DNA of 64,000 nucleotides from Rhodosorus marinus CCMP1338 (Eukaryota > Plantae > Rhodophyta): positions 1,674,001-1,738,000 of the forward strand of contig JAMWBK010000001.1 of assembly GCA_029953675.1 (NCBI GenBank), written 5' to 3'. A program made the position numbers and the translations under genes. Below, piece after piece: positions 1 through 12,664 of this stretch. The notes beneath the pieces are model-generated. The model was not told where the DNA came from. It searched no databases and saw only the letters and a program-made list of their open reading frames with translations. Every line of letters begins with the position of its first letter. Within the stretch, counting starts at the first letter, position 1.

Positions 1-3000
1 GAGAAAGTTTCCTTCCAGGGCTTGCGCTGTCCGTGCGGTATCAGGAGGACGTCTTGGTAAGTAAAGCGTTGTTTCCCTGGGCGCATGCAGAGAGTATAGA
101 ACAAACCCTTCCCCCTCTAATGCAGATCTCTGCCAACTTCTTTCTTGGAAATATTCCTCGCTGCGACAGAGCCTTTGGACAAGAACATCAGACGAGCAAC
201 CGAGACTCGACTCGATTCGTGACGTGGCCCAAGCTGCCATGGTAACAACTCTATCGGTAACGCCTGATTCGCATCCGTTGGTGATGACTGAGCACAGCCT
301 CTCCTTTTTCGTTCGCGAGCAGGAGTACCTGCCGACCATGAAGAACACGGACTGGGAATACAAGAGGCACGAAGTCGTTCTGGATGCAATGCTCAAGAGT
401 GATGCCGCACCTAGATGAACATGAAATTGTAGAGCTGGCTCGCTGGGGGGTGGGAAGAGAAAGACACACTAGTCCAGGCGCCGTTGTCGGGCAAACGGAT
501 GGAGACAGCCGCGATGAGTTCATTGCCCGATGGCAATACTCTTCTTCAAGCTTATGGTCTCCTCAAGTGATGCGGGAGCTTCTTCAAGCGCCTCCCAGCT
601 TTCCTATGAATCATCGGGTCGCCTCCGCGGAAAAATGGCCGCGACTTAAGCAGTTTTGTGAGTGCAAAGCGGTGTGTTGGCCATCTGCCTGTGACTGGGC
701 GACACTCTAGGATCTGGAGTCGGATGCTGGTGCCTGTTCGACACTAGAAGAATTCACCTCAACTAGCAATCCTTTCTTGTCTAAGCACGCTGGTCAAGGG
801 TGACAAACATATCTTGTACTGAGCATTGGCTGAGGACTCCAGTGGTCACACCCACTAACAGCTTGTCGTGTTGTAAACTAAAGCGCAAAACAATGGAGTA
901 GAGGTCTCAAGGCCGCAAGTATATGTACCTGAATACTTGAAATTCATGATCGCAATCTTTTTACTTGCAATCTTCTTGAATCAGGTAGCTACGTTGCCAA
1001 ACCCAGGTCTGAGCATTGACTCCACACAATCTCTAAAGGGTTCAACAGGCTACTGTGGGTGAACGGATTGGCTGTCGCCTATAGCGCGTCCAACCTCCTC
1101 ATCGGCAACGATTTGCCGCCTGTTTGTTTCTTGAAGGCAGGTAAGAGGCAGTGCTTATTGATTGATTTTTGTTGATTATGAAGTAACGGCTTGGGTGAGC
1201 AAGCGAAAAAGGTTCCAGCATACCCAAAACCACCACCCACGGAAGTCTTGACCGTGCTGATGTCCGTAAATGGAGAGCCAATGTTTATAGATCTACGACA
1301 ACTGCAACGAAGTTCACGAAGACTAGATTTCCAGGCTTCCGGGAGAGCGACAATTTTCGTTCGATTTTTTTAACCGCCTGCTCTGGAGATCCGGTAGCGA
1401 CTGAAAGTTGCCTGCCGTATCCGAATATTTGTTGTGAACGCCTTTACTAGAGCCCCGAACGAGTTCGATTTCAAATGCCATATAAATGAATCACATGAAA
1501 TAGATTGAGCTCGTTCCGTAGCGGCAGTATTCCACTTTCGACCGCGTTTCCCTCGTTGTTTTCAAAGGTTTCTGAGTCCGGAAGTCTCGCTTCATTGATT
1601 GAACGACAGGAACCTGAATTGTACATAAATCGGGGCTATGTGGGCGGGACGCAACTCAAAAATCTGTGTCACACCGGTTCGTTCCGCCTGCTGTCGAGGT
1701 CATCGAGAGTTCCGGGGCGACCTGGCATGAGGACTGTTTTAGCGATCTTGAGACTCACACGCGTTTCCTGTCTTGGTTGAGCCTTATGCTGTGGGGTTCG
1801 AATGCGGCATTAGTTCTAGAGTCCCGTTCTCTCGGTTTAATCTAGCCCTTTCCCTCTCAGAGCTGTTCTCTCTGCATAAACGATGGTGATTATAAAAGTC
1901 ATACTCGTCCACAGTTCCTCGGATGTGCAACCTGATTTGTCCCGAAGAGGTAGTGCCTGGAATGGTTTTGTACAACAGAGGAACGTGAATCCAGACAGTT
2001 GTTTCCGCTGAGTGGACCTGTAGGTGTAAGTACTTTCACCCGAACTGGATATGCACAAGCTCTCTCCTGAATGAGGAGACGTTGTGACCAGAGCTCTATA
2101 TGCATCCCGCTGTGAAACGAAACACCTACGTACTTAGTAGTTCAGTACGGCCACGTGATGAAAATCCCGTCCGATTCTACCCTGAAAGAGATAAAATTGT
2201 CTGATCTTAGACTCTCTATCCTCTGACTAACAAAGCGTGCACGTGGCGATGGAGGCCGTTTAGGAATTCGGATCATTGAAACTATACATCCTGTGTGGCA
2301 ATCTGCTTTTGCACCCTCTTCGTTACGGTCGGGTCGATTGTGGAATATCAAAGATACGCACCGTAAAGATAAAGGCTATGGAGCTCATTGGTGAGCTTGT
2401 TTTCAATGAGGCAAGGAGTGGAATAAGTGCGTTACTTGTTTTTCTTTTATTATTGCGAAACCCTCACCCCCAGGCTTGGATTGGTCATCAAAATGAGAAC
2501 CGTTTAGAAAAAACGTATTTTCCTATTCTCGTTTTTCTTTCATTGGATAGACGAGCTCCCTTTACCCAATTATGATTGTGATATTCAGTTTTTCAAGAAA
2601 TCAGTGAATGAAGGTTAACAGGGGCACGTCGATCCAACTTGAGGGGGCTACACCGCTCACGGCAAAATCCACTTCAAGGCTCATCGGATAGATGGATGTC
2701 GATTTCGCTCCGATGGGACATGCTAACTGACCCACAATAAAAGAACGTCGAGCAGCAAGTGTGCCTTTCTAAATTCATCGATCGAGGCTCAGTCCGGAAG
2801 CCGTCTTTTCCCGCACAGGAACAGCGAATCAACTCAGGATCTCCTAGACACTGAGTTGCGACAATGGGAAATCGGAAGCGATTATTTTGTCTTGTATTGA
2901 GCAAAACGCTTTTTCCGGGCGAGACTACATACAACCCTCTGGAGCTGTTCTTTGACAACCAATTAGATGCCCTGTAGCAGGCTCGTTCCGGTTAGGAAGG

Positions 3001-3530
3001 CCCCCTCTTCACCTGTGTGTATATATGTTTTTAAATGTACACATATCCCGCAACGGCGATGTAAAGAAAATATTTGAATAAAAAATATATTTCTCGAAAC
3101 GTGATATCATACAGATTCTTATAGTTTGTTTCTCAGGGGCGGAAAAAGGCCACATGAAGCCAGAAAACATACAGAAATGAAAACAATCAATCAGTTTATC
3201 GCGACCTTGAGGGGTGCAGAGACCCCGCCTTCGCGTAGAAAACTGAATTTGTTAAGAAACTGTAACAGGGTATAGATTTCCACTTGGATCGGAAGCTGAG
3301 CTACCCCATATGACAAAGCAGTACAGAGGATGCAGGTCGCTGGAGAGCGGGGGAAGGGGGGTGCCCGTGGGTTTCAGGGGGGGGTTCGGCTTTTTCTAGA
3401 GCCCGAATGAAGACAAGACGGGAAAGAAAATATCTTCCGGCGGTCTTCATGTGATATAAAGATGTGAGCGAAACGGATGTATACGGACTCTAGTTGTTGA
3501 ATGGCCACTTATTGGTAGAGGGGATGAGAA

Positions 3531-4463
3531 ATGGAGGAGCAAGCGGTCCATGAGGAGAGGGACCTATGCGCTGTTTGTCTCTCACAAGATGCTACGGTCA
3601 AGTTTCGCCCGTGTGGGCATAGGATGGTTTGTGATTGCTGCTTGCCTTTCTTGGACGAGCCCCACTGTATCATATGCCGGAGACACATAGAGCTTGTGGA
3701 AGATGGTGACCGACAAGTGAAATGGGGTGAAGCATTTAGATTCAGACTTGAAGCGGAAGCTATGGATCTCCAGAATACGTTTCAAGTTCTGTTCCTCGGC
3801 CCTGGCTCTGTGAGCACTAGGGCTCTTGTGAGGGAGCTATGTTCAACTTTGTCCTCCGATAATAAGCGCAGATTTTTCAGGAGGAATGTCCGCAGAAGCT
3901 CGACAATTAGTGAGGAAGAATTTGTGGTCGGCGCGGAGTGGAGTGCCCGCTTCCAATGCAATGGCTATATTCGAGGCGCGAGGCATCGATTTTCCTCGTT
4001 GCAAGTGGCGACCACGCCTACCCGTGGTGCTGTAGCACGCATATACGAAGAAATCGTACCAGATATGGTCGTTCTCTGCTGTGACTATCATGACCCAGAA
4101 TCATTTATGAATATGGTGAGGTGGGACAAAGCATTGCGTCTGAGGTGCAAAGTGCCAAGAATGTGGATTGTACAAATTCATTCTGGTTTGGATGAATCTC
4201 CCTCTGTGCTTAATGTTGCCGGCTCGGTTGAGAAAGTACTCGCAGATGCGCAGGCGAGCGTAAGCTTTCAAGCCCCGTGGAGTGTACAACAGGTATGCGT
4301 CGATGGCTGGTTCAACGTCGGCCTGAGTGAGGTGGTCAAGGCTATCTCAAGGAACTCTTACTCACATAGAAGGGCGAACTGGAGAGGCTCGATCGATCAA
4401 CCGTTGAAAAAGCATTCCATTGTGAAGCGCCCTGAGAAAGCTACGGAGAAGGCGGGAGCTTAG
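3531..4463 (+). CDS. RING-finger (C3HC4-type) protein with a C-terminal degenerate small-GTPase-like domain
   Basis: Single 310-aa ORF. N-terminal CAVC-x11-CGH-x3-CDCC...CIIC is a RING pattern. Downstream FQVLFLGPGSVST, PDMVVLCCDYHDPESFMNMVRW and GWFNVGLSEVVKAI follow the order of Ras-fold strands and helices. Confidence 0.8.
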   Translation: MEEQAVHEERDLCAVCLSQDATVKFRPCGHRMVCDCCLPFLDEPHCIICRRHIELVEDGDRQVKWGEAFRFRLEAEAMDLQNTFQVLFLGPGSVSTRALVRELCSTLSSDNKRRFFRRNVRRSSTISEEEFVVGAEWSARFQCNGYIRGARHRFSSLQVATTPTRGAVARIYEEIVPDMVVLCCDYHDPESFMNMVRWDKALRLRCKVPRMWIVQIHSGLDESPSVLNVAGSVEKVLADAQASVSFQAPWSVQQVCVDGWFNVGLSEVVKAISRNSYSHRRANWRGSIDQPLKKHSIVKRPEKATEKAGA

Positions 4464-5126
4464 CTCACCGGCTTTCCGATTCGCAATTTTAACTTCCAAT
4501 GTAACTACCAACTCGACTGAATCAACTCGCTACGCTACACAAGGGAGCCTATGGAGCTGCGACGGGTCGGCGACCGATAGCCGCTCTTTCCTTGTCTTCT
4601 GTGTTCTAATACACCTAGCGCTTACTTTCAGAGCAGTCCTAGATAGAGCTCGCGGATCGTACACTAGCGCAACGACAAAAACAAACTGAAGAACTATGGT
4701 TCTTTCGCAACAAGACTTTCGAAGTAAAACGAGAAAACTCACAAACATTATGGGGTCCACTTCTCCTGGGCTAGGACGCGTTCGAGCTGAGCTCCATTCC
4801 ACACACTCGCTGGGATTCGCTCAAGGCTAGAGGACGCCCTTAACGTAGTGAACTCACCACCAGGATTTCGGTGTGGATAGTGCTAGCGCTGGTGGGGCTA
4901 AATTCGCCTCCAGCAGCACGCGCTTTTCGGCCCCGGTTCGCGCAATAAGAACGCGCGCGATTCCTGTTGGGTCGACATCAAGAAAGCCACAAAAGGAACT
5001 GCAAGGCGAACGACGACTATTCCCGTCGGAGAACCGTGATCTTCACTAGGAGAAGGAAGCTTCGGGTTGCGTAGTAGTAATCGTAGAGGAGGACAAAACG
5101 CCAACGAAGAAACGAGAGAAGAAGAC

Positions 5127-5196
5127 GCACTCGGCTCGCCTGGAAGCAATCGTAGCGCCGACAAAAGCACCGATTGCTTCCAGGCGAGCCGAGTGC
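5127..5196. repeat. Perfect 26-bp inverted repeat (hairpin) with 18-nt loop
   Basis: gcactcggctcgcctggaagcaatcg (5127-5152) is the exact reverse complement of cgattgcttccaggcgagccgagtgc (5171-5196). Confidence 0.92.
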
Positions 5197-8100
5197 AAAG
5201 AAAGGGATGATTTCCCGGACCCAAAAAGTCTGCACCTGTGCGTCAAAGGGTCGCTATGGGTCGCTCCGAAAGCTCTCCAGGAGCGAATGTCCAGACAAGT
5301 TCTCAAACGCTTCCCCACGGCAGGGCACCCATACCCACATTCCAGATCCTGGCCATGACCTAGTATCACCCGCCTATGAATCTACCTGTAAATTGGGGAC
5401 GATTCAGACCGAATTTCCTTCACAGGGCTCTCCCACACAGGACTCTATCACATCTGAGCGCACAAAAGTTCAAGTGACCGGAGAAGAAAGAATAGCAAGA
5501 TTGTTATGCTGAACTCCATATGTTCATGAAACGTAATTAGCCACGCTCCTCTCGGAGCGTTGCACGATCAAACTTCCCCTTTGCGAACACCCTTATCAAA
5601 TTTGAGCCCAAAAAGGAACTGGCCTCTAAAAAGTTTTACAAAAACTGGAAACCCTGTCTTTTGCTCGGAGACGGTTTCAATCTGGACGGGGATTGACTTT
5701 TTTTTTGTCTTTTAGGCGGCGCAGTAAAACACTGAATTTTCAGGTCGGATTTACAACAAAAAATTAGAGGCTATTTTGGGACCAAACCAATGGGTGTAGT
5801 AAAAGTTTCGATTAGGGGGGGTGAACCTCCTGAAATTGATGACTCAAAATATTAAAGAATTTTCCAAATCATAATTCAGGGTTGTGTTTATTTATTTTTG
5901 GTTTACGTGTACGTAAGCGAGGCGAAACATTATCTATTGATTGAGGAATCGCTGTTTCGCGAAGCCCCAGCAAGAATTTGCTTTTCGGTAGGTGGTGAAC
6001 ACCGAGGGTGCGTAAAATACACATTCGGTGTTGTTGTCCAAATGACGTCAAGCATTCGTGATGTGGGTGATACTAGTGTTGTGCCAAGTGGCTCGGGTTT
6101 TTTAGCTGTTTACGACCCACCCACCCCCTTAAACCCCCCCTGTTTTCGCGGGTTTAACCACTTCTGAGTAGTAAACAGTGAAAAACCCTTCCCACTTGTC
6201 ACAACCCTAGATGTATTGCTAAAGAAAAGGGGGGGAAGAAGGCAGCTGTGTGTTTGACTACAACATGAGAAAGTAGAAATTCGTAAAACCAGTAAATACG
6301 TCATATACTGGTGTTTGTAATGGAATAGCAATTTTCTACTTTTTCGTGGGGGGAAGGGGGGAAGGTTGGTGGGCAAGAAAATCAGGGACCCAAAAAAATC
6401 TCTGAGCTATTTGTAGGAAGCCTTTTTCAATTCTTCTCATTGCTACGTGGGATGTGCGAGGGACTCTTGATTCATCCGTTAAAAGTTCTGTTTTTGATTC
6501 CCAACAAGGGTTACCCGGAGTCTTGTATGTATTATATAGATGGGCTTCCCTCAGCGCTTTGGATGGCAAAGGGATAGAGAGATGTTAAAGGATGGAAAGT
6601 TTCGAAAGGAATAGAATTTCATCGATTTCTTGGAGTGCATGTCATACTCACGGAGGTGTATGGAGAAAAAAAGAATACCCATGGAGAGATTGCGAAGGAG
6701 AGCGAAGAGGAGGAAGCCTAATGGTTTTCACCGACGAGGTCGAAATTTAGCCTGGCAATCTCAGGAATTCGCTTTGCTTGTTCCTAAGCTTGAAGCTACG
6801 AAGAGAAACACTAGACTGACCTACTTGCTAGAGTACGAGTGTTGGCCAGTATCCAGTGAGATTTTGGATTGATGGCGGGAGCTGGCAGGTTGGTTTTTTT
6901 GAGGAAGTTGCCGTGTGGTTCGAACCTGAGGAAATTCTTAAGAATGTTAATCGTCCGAGGACGTTCCGCCTAAGGTGGAGCTTGTTTAATATTGTCCCGG
7001 AAACAGCTGACCGTCCATACCCCTGCTCGTCAGCCGCTGCGCTGCGCCGCTGTATTTAAACGTATATGACATCAGGGAACAAAGTTATGAAACAAGCATG
7101 CGTATGAAGTGAAATAAATAGACCTGCTTATTTTAAGTACCACTGATTTGCTTCTTCATAGTGGCTCTTCACAAGCGTGAGCGCTTCAATTCAATTCCAA
7201 TCGAGATTCTAGGAGGAGGGTAGGCACTGCATCCACCACATACCAGGTACGGAAAGATGCGGTTCTCTGTCCGGCACCAACTAGAATCCATTTCATTGGC
7301 GGCTGCAAGGTCTGGCAAGTAGTGGCGAGCTCAGGGCACGACCCCTATCTTCAACCTGTTCGTCTCCAGCGGACCTGATTACTTTATTGGCTTTTTTGTC
7401 CAGCACACAGTTTCACCATACACACGCCCGTGACCCGGTATGCGGACACATCACTGACGGCGATTGGGTAATGCTTATTTTCCGAACTGGGGTCTCACGT
7501 TGCTGAAGCATCGACTTCCATCGTCCTAAAGGAAAGATTTTCATGGGTGATCTCAGAACAGTGTGCTGGAAAACGAGCTACGAGGAGTTTGGGACTCGCG
7601 TATTGGCAGGCCTGGATATCAGGGCTTCTTCCCTCATTCCGTTAGCCCCTATCCCCTGATCGCCGTCACGCATGAATGTTTCTGGATTTCAGACGATGAG
7701 CGCGGGACTCTATACTTTTGCTCTTAGGGCACTTGTTGGTTGGGCAGTCGCTAGCCTATACTATGGTATTGGAAACAGCTGAAGGAGCCCCTTTGATAGA
7801 CTCTCGACGGTTTCCCGACATCGACAAGAGTGGTACAAGAGGATACTGGGTTTCTCAGAACTTCCTCCCGTCCACTGCAATACGTGCAACGAACTTTTGA
7901 AGAATTTGAGGTAACCCCAGCTTCGCCCGGGAGATGGGTGCGCAGAGCCAAAATGCTGCAGTTCTTTAGATTATCTAATTTGCCATATCCAATGAATGTG
8001 ATTGCATTCACAATTCCATTCGCAAAGACGTTGTACAAACCCCGTAGGATCTCAGCGGGTTTCGGACAGTGAAAGCCATGGAACGGAAATCGGATTCGGT

Positions 8101-8441
8101 ACTGGACTCACAAATTTCAGAGAGACACTTCACAAACTTCTTTGGAAACACACATTTGCACAAACATGAGCTCATATGAACGTACCGCCCAAAGCCCCAA
8201 AGCGTCCCAAGCGCGTCGCGAGGGGGGTTACTTCCTGGCCCTTGCAATGCTGCGTCGAATTCCGGGGGTCTGCATTTGTTCACACACCTCTTGTTACGCC
8301 CGTGCTCACGCAGCTACGCAACCACCGGAAGAAGCGTATTTAGACTGCGCTGAATGTTCCATATCTATAAGGTGCGTCGTGCCAATCTCGGTTACACACA
8401 ACGACGCGCGTGCTTCTCGAACCCGCGCAACGCGTAGCGTC

Positions 8442-9101
8442 CTACCGGCGTAGCCTATTCTTCTTTGGCCGAAACACTTTTTTCGTCCTGTTGAGCCCAC
8501 TTGCAGACTTCGCCTGCACCTCAGCGAACCTTCTCTGCGCTCTTTCCCGTATATAACCACCTGACAGAAGCTCATCTTTGACATGCTCTTTCCTCTCCCG
8601 CCTTGCAATTCTTCCGGTTAAATAGTCATGCTGACTATCTAGGACGGTCCCAACTTGAAAGAACTCTGGGTTGGATGATCCCCATCCTGTGCTCTTATAG
8701 TGTCGATCTGGTTCCAGGTGGGCCCTCATTCTGAGCACGCGCAGGTCCTTTTCCAGCTCAGGGGTCATGGTTGGCTTTGGCATATCATACCAAGCCGCTC
8801 CCGCTGTTTCTCTCGGAGTTACCTCTCTCTGACGTTTGTTTGTAAGACCCGCGGCAATTCTCTTCTCCGCTCCGTCGATTCCACTTGCTCGAGCTGCCAA
8901 GCCGCCGGCGTCCTGTTGTGGCTCAACCAGGAGCTTTTCACAAGGGCCAGCAGTTACGCCATCAAGTTCTCCTTCTAAGAAACGCGCTAGGGCGCCCCCA
9001 GCATTCTCCCATTTCGAATTCGAAACGGATGCGGTCCAAGAATCTTCAGCCTTGTTCACCTTTAGCAAGCTGGCCCCTTCCCTGAACTCATCAGTTACCA
9101 T
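8442..9101 (-). CDS. FCF2: Fcf2 pre-rRNA processing protein (DNTTIP2/TdIF2 family)
   Basis: 219-aa ORF with the Fcf2 signature AWYDMPKPTMTPELEKDLRVLRMRAHLEPDRHYK...PEFFQVGTV and a basic C-terminus. Confidence 0.9.
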   Translation of the reverse strand: MVTDEFREGASLLKVNKAEDSWTASVSNSKWENAGGALARFLEGELDGVTAGPCEKLLVEPQQDAGGLAARASGIDGAEKRIAAGLTNKRQREVTPRETAGAAWYDMPKPTMTPELEKDLRVLRMRAHLEPDRHYKSTGWGSSNPEFFQVGTVLDSQHDYLTGRIARRERKEHVKDELLSGGYIRERAQRRFAEVQAKSASGLNRTKKVFRPKKNRLRR

Positions 9102-9904
9102 CCTAGAACAAAAAACACTCCCAACTCCCTCCGCGCGGATACCACAAGAGAAAGCGGAGAGGACGAATACTCCAATTCACCTTTATTGCCGCCAACCTCA
9201 CCAAGGAGCTCGAAAGGGCTAAATCCTTCACCCCGAAACATGTATAAAGCCCCACCGCCTCTGTGTCAATCCTCACGCCGGGAGACGTGAAGGAATGAGA
9301 ATATCAAATAGCCGTCAGAGCAGCGGTCAGAGCGGCGGTCAGACTTGGCGACCAGAGTGGGGGCCAGCCGAGGAGACCACGAACGCGGAATCCAGACTGA
9401 ATAGTTGTGTCACTGAGAATAGAAAGCTTTATTTTCCAGACAAGTACTGAAAGTCAGTCCACTATCCCCAGAGGTAAAATCCTGGGGCAAAACCGTTTCT
9501 CCGGGTAAAGCTCTTATCGAGGACCTATATCAACTCAGAATGCAATCTCTCAATAACTAGCTGAGAAGATCAGTCGGAAGAGAACTCGGCCAGATAGCTT
9601 GATTTGTTCATCAAACTGGTCTCACAGTCTTACCGCCCAGCACACAGTAGCTCCCACCATGAACCAACAGCTATGTCAACGGAGACTGGACTCCACGCGC
9701 TGAGCAAAGCACAACTCGATCGCCGGCAGAGTGGGAAGGCCGTGTTACTATTGTTAACGCAGCCCTAGCGAACAGTAGGGTGATTGACGGAGTTCGAGAC
9801 GTTGACTTCTGTTTGTCATTAGCTTTTAAGCGAGCGACGTGCGCATGTACTGGAAGGCCTAGAACTAGAAGTCCCTTTCTTTGTCCGGAAGGCAAAAATC
9901 TGAT

Positions 9905-12664
9905 ATGGTCGTTACACATCGAGAGACTGGGGAACAAATATGTGTAGGCCTCGAGGTGCAAGCGCTACCGAGTATTCGGCCCAAAATGGAGGCTGTGGAG
10001 GTAATCAGTTCAAGCAGAACAAAAAAGCTGTACCGTGTTCAGAGCGATTAAGGCATTGAGTGTTGTTGCTTTCAGGCGATCGGCGCTGACTTCGTTGTAG
10101 GACCACTTGTACATCCCCGATATGAACGCGGGGTTTCCGAGGTATGATTGCTCCTGGGACCGATATCAACTTGAATGAATCGGATGCTGTGTCTAATTGA
10201 CTTCCACTACGGTTCCATGACTTCTTCGGCTTTATTAGCCCGACGTCAGCTCCGACGCACCAAGGATCGAGAGAAACGATCCGTTCACGAGATCTGACAT
10301 GGAACTGAGCTCCAGCGAATGGTCTTCAGGATTTATTGGCAAGCTCTCTCCCTGGATTCGGTGCGATTCAAGCAGCAGAAGACTGAGCCTTATGTCCGAA
10401 GCCGCCCTCATGCAGGTACTTCTCGAGTCCGCTGAAAATTGTTGCTCAACCTCTCTTCCCGTTTTCGGGAGAATTTCTTGCCTGTGCCTCTAAACCATGA
10501 CCTTCGACCCACTTGAATCATTAAGGAAATTGCTTTCGCCAAGCATCTTGCGCTGAGGGCGGTGCTAACCCCGCCGATCACCAGGGGATGCTCGGGAGCC
10601 AATTTCGCCAGAGCTCTTCTCAGTAGCTTAAGCCTCAACCCTGGAATGAATATCTGGGTTCGCGTGCCCCTCGAAGGCTCGGTAGGGGGCAACCCGGACG
10701 ACAGCGACTTGAGCTATTCCCGTGAGGAAGGGACGCCGGACGTTTGGGAGGACTGGAACAGGGTGGGCCGAAAATATTCAAACCTACAGATGGAGACGAA
10801 TGATTGGATCCGTCCTCTACGTCAGGACCGCATTCTAACCTGACGCTTTGCTGTGGGACACGTTTGCAGCTCAGCACTCTATGTGACGGCCATCCTAGCC
10901 TGGGGGTTGCCCTTGAACTTCCTGCAAATCTACCTAAGAATGCGCTTGAGCGTTGGAATGGAGAGCCGGTTTGTGCTCTTCTTGTGAATGCTAATGCATT
11001 TGTCCTCAACAGACATGGGTAGGTCCAGAGAGGCTTATCTTGAGTGCCTTTCTCTTCTGCTTGTCTATTTATTCACATATGAAACGCGGTTATGGAAATA
11101 CTCACAACTGAGTTGTTGGTTGCTGCTTTTTAGGTTTCCCGTGCTGCCGAGAAGACATCAGGAATTTGTCCGTCAGATGTTCAAATACAAGTGCTATATA
11201 GCTGTGTCGGGCAGGTCGAACAGCAACTCAGAAGGAGATCGCGGAGCGCAGCAGTATATCCAATACCTCGGCTACCTTTTCGGAAAACAACCAGGTTCAA
11301 CGGAAGCAGAGCGTTTCGAGGCGCCGTATCAGGACTTCCTTCAGTCGCCTCTCCAGCCTCTTGCTGACAACCTGGAAAGCAACGTGTACGAGGTGTTCGA
11401 GAAAGATCCAGTGAAGTATGTGCGATACCGCGAGGCTGTGGCAAAGTATCTTGAGACAAGGAAGGGAGAAGACGTCGTCATAATGGTAAATTTGACCAAA
11501 GGATTCGGCAAGAGACCGACGAGACGCTGATACAGAAAACTACCCTGTCTCTTCCTCAGGTCCTAGGCGCTGGGAGGGGTCCACTGGTAAAAAGCTGTTT
11601 ATTGGCGTCCCAGGAAACGGGTGTAAGGGTCAAAATTTATGCAGTAGAGAAGAATGTCAACGCTGTAGTTACTCTTAGAACGCTCGCAGCGTCGCCGGCA
11701 TGGTCAAATGTTGAAGTAAGGAAAAGAACAATGAGGAGGGCAATGATGGATTATGACGGCCCCGCGAAACTGACTCAATGTTTGGAACTGGAACCTTAGG
11801 TGATCGCAACCGATATGAGAGTATGGATTCCCCAAGAAAAGGCTGATTTGGTGGTCTCAGAGCTGCTAGGTTCCTTCGGAGACAATGAACTCTCTCCCGA
11901 GTGCCTGGACGGAGCAAGCAAATGTCTGAAGGTAGGGTAAATTCACTCGCGTTTTTGCGGATGACGGTGAAAACCAGCTTCACATGCGAGGATCTGCGTC
12001 TGAGGCATCCTGGCCGATTCTGTTCTCATCCATGCTGCCCGATACCTAGGAGAACGGTGTTAGCATTCCCGCAAGCTATACGAGCTTCTTGGCACCCCTG
12101 TCATCGTCGAAATTGCGCAATGAAGTGAGAGCTTTAGGCGAATCTACCGCGGTAATGGAAACGCCATATGTCGTAAAAATTCATAGCGGCTTTGAAATAT
12201 CTCCCTCCAAAGAGTGCTTCACGTTCACCCATCCGAAGAAAGAGTCGGTGAGTCAACTCCCTGGCCATGCTTAGTGGGTACATGATGCTCACGTGTTTCT
12301 TTCCGTGCGTGTCCGTGAAACCGCACAGACACCTCGAGATAATTCGAGATATGCGAAGCTGACATTCAATCCGTCGGAGTCGAGCATGCTCACGGGTCTT
12401 GCCGGGTACTTTGAAGCTGTCCTTTACGATGACGTGATGATCTCGATTCGACCGGAGTCTTTTTCGGAGGGCATGTTTAGTTGGTTTCCGCTCTACTTCC
12501 CGCTTCGAACCCCACTGCCGGTGAGAACAAGCAGCGAAGTTGAGGTTCACATCTGGAGAAAATGTTCACCATCGCAAGTCTGGTACGAATGGTGCATAAC
12601 CGAGCCGAATATCACAGCCATCCACAACCCGAACGGGCGCTCGTACTCGATGAGCCTCGGCTAA
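9905..12664 (+). CDS. PRMT5: Protein arginine N-methyltransferase 5 (multi-exon)
   Basis: Manual splicing (exon 1 9905-10000, exon 2 10076-10141, exon 3 from 10239, and further exons) gives [95 protein letters not shown] and [12 protein letters not shown]. Stop codon at 12662-12664. Confidence 0.95.
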
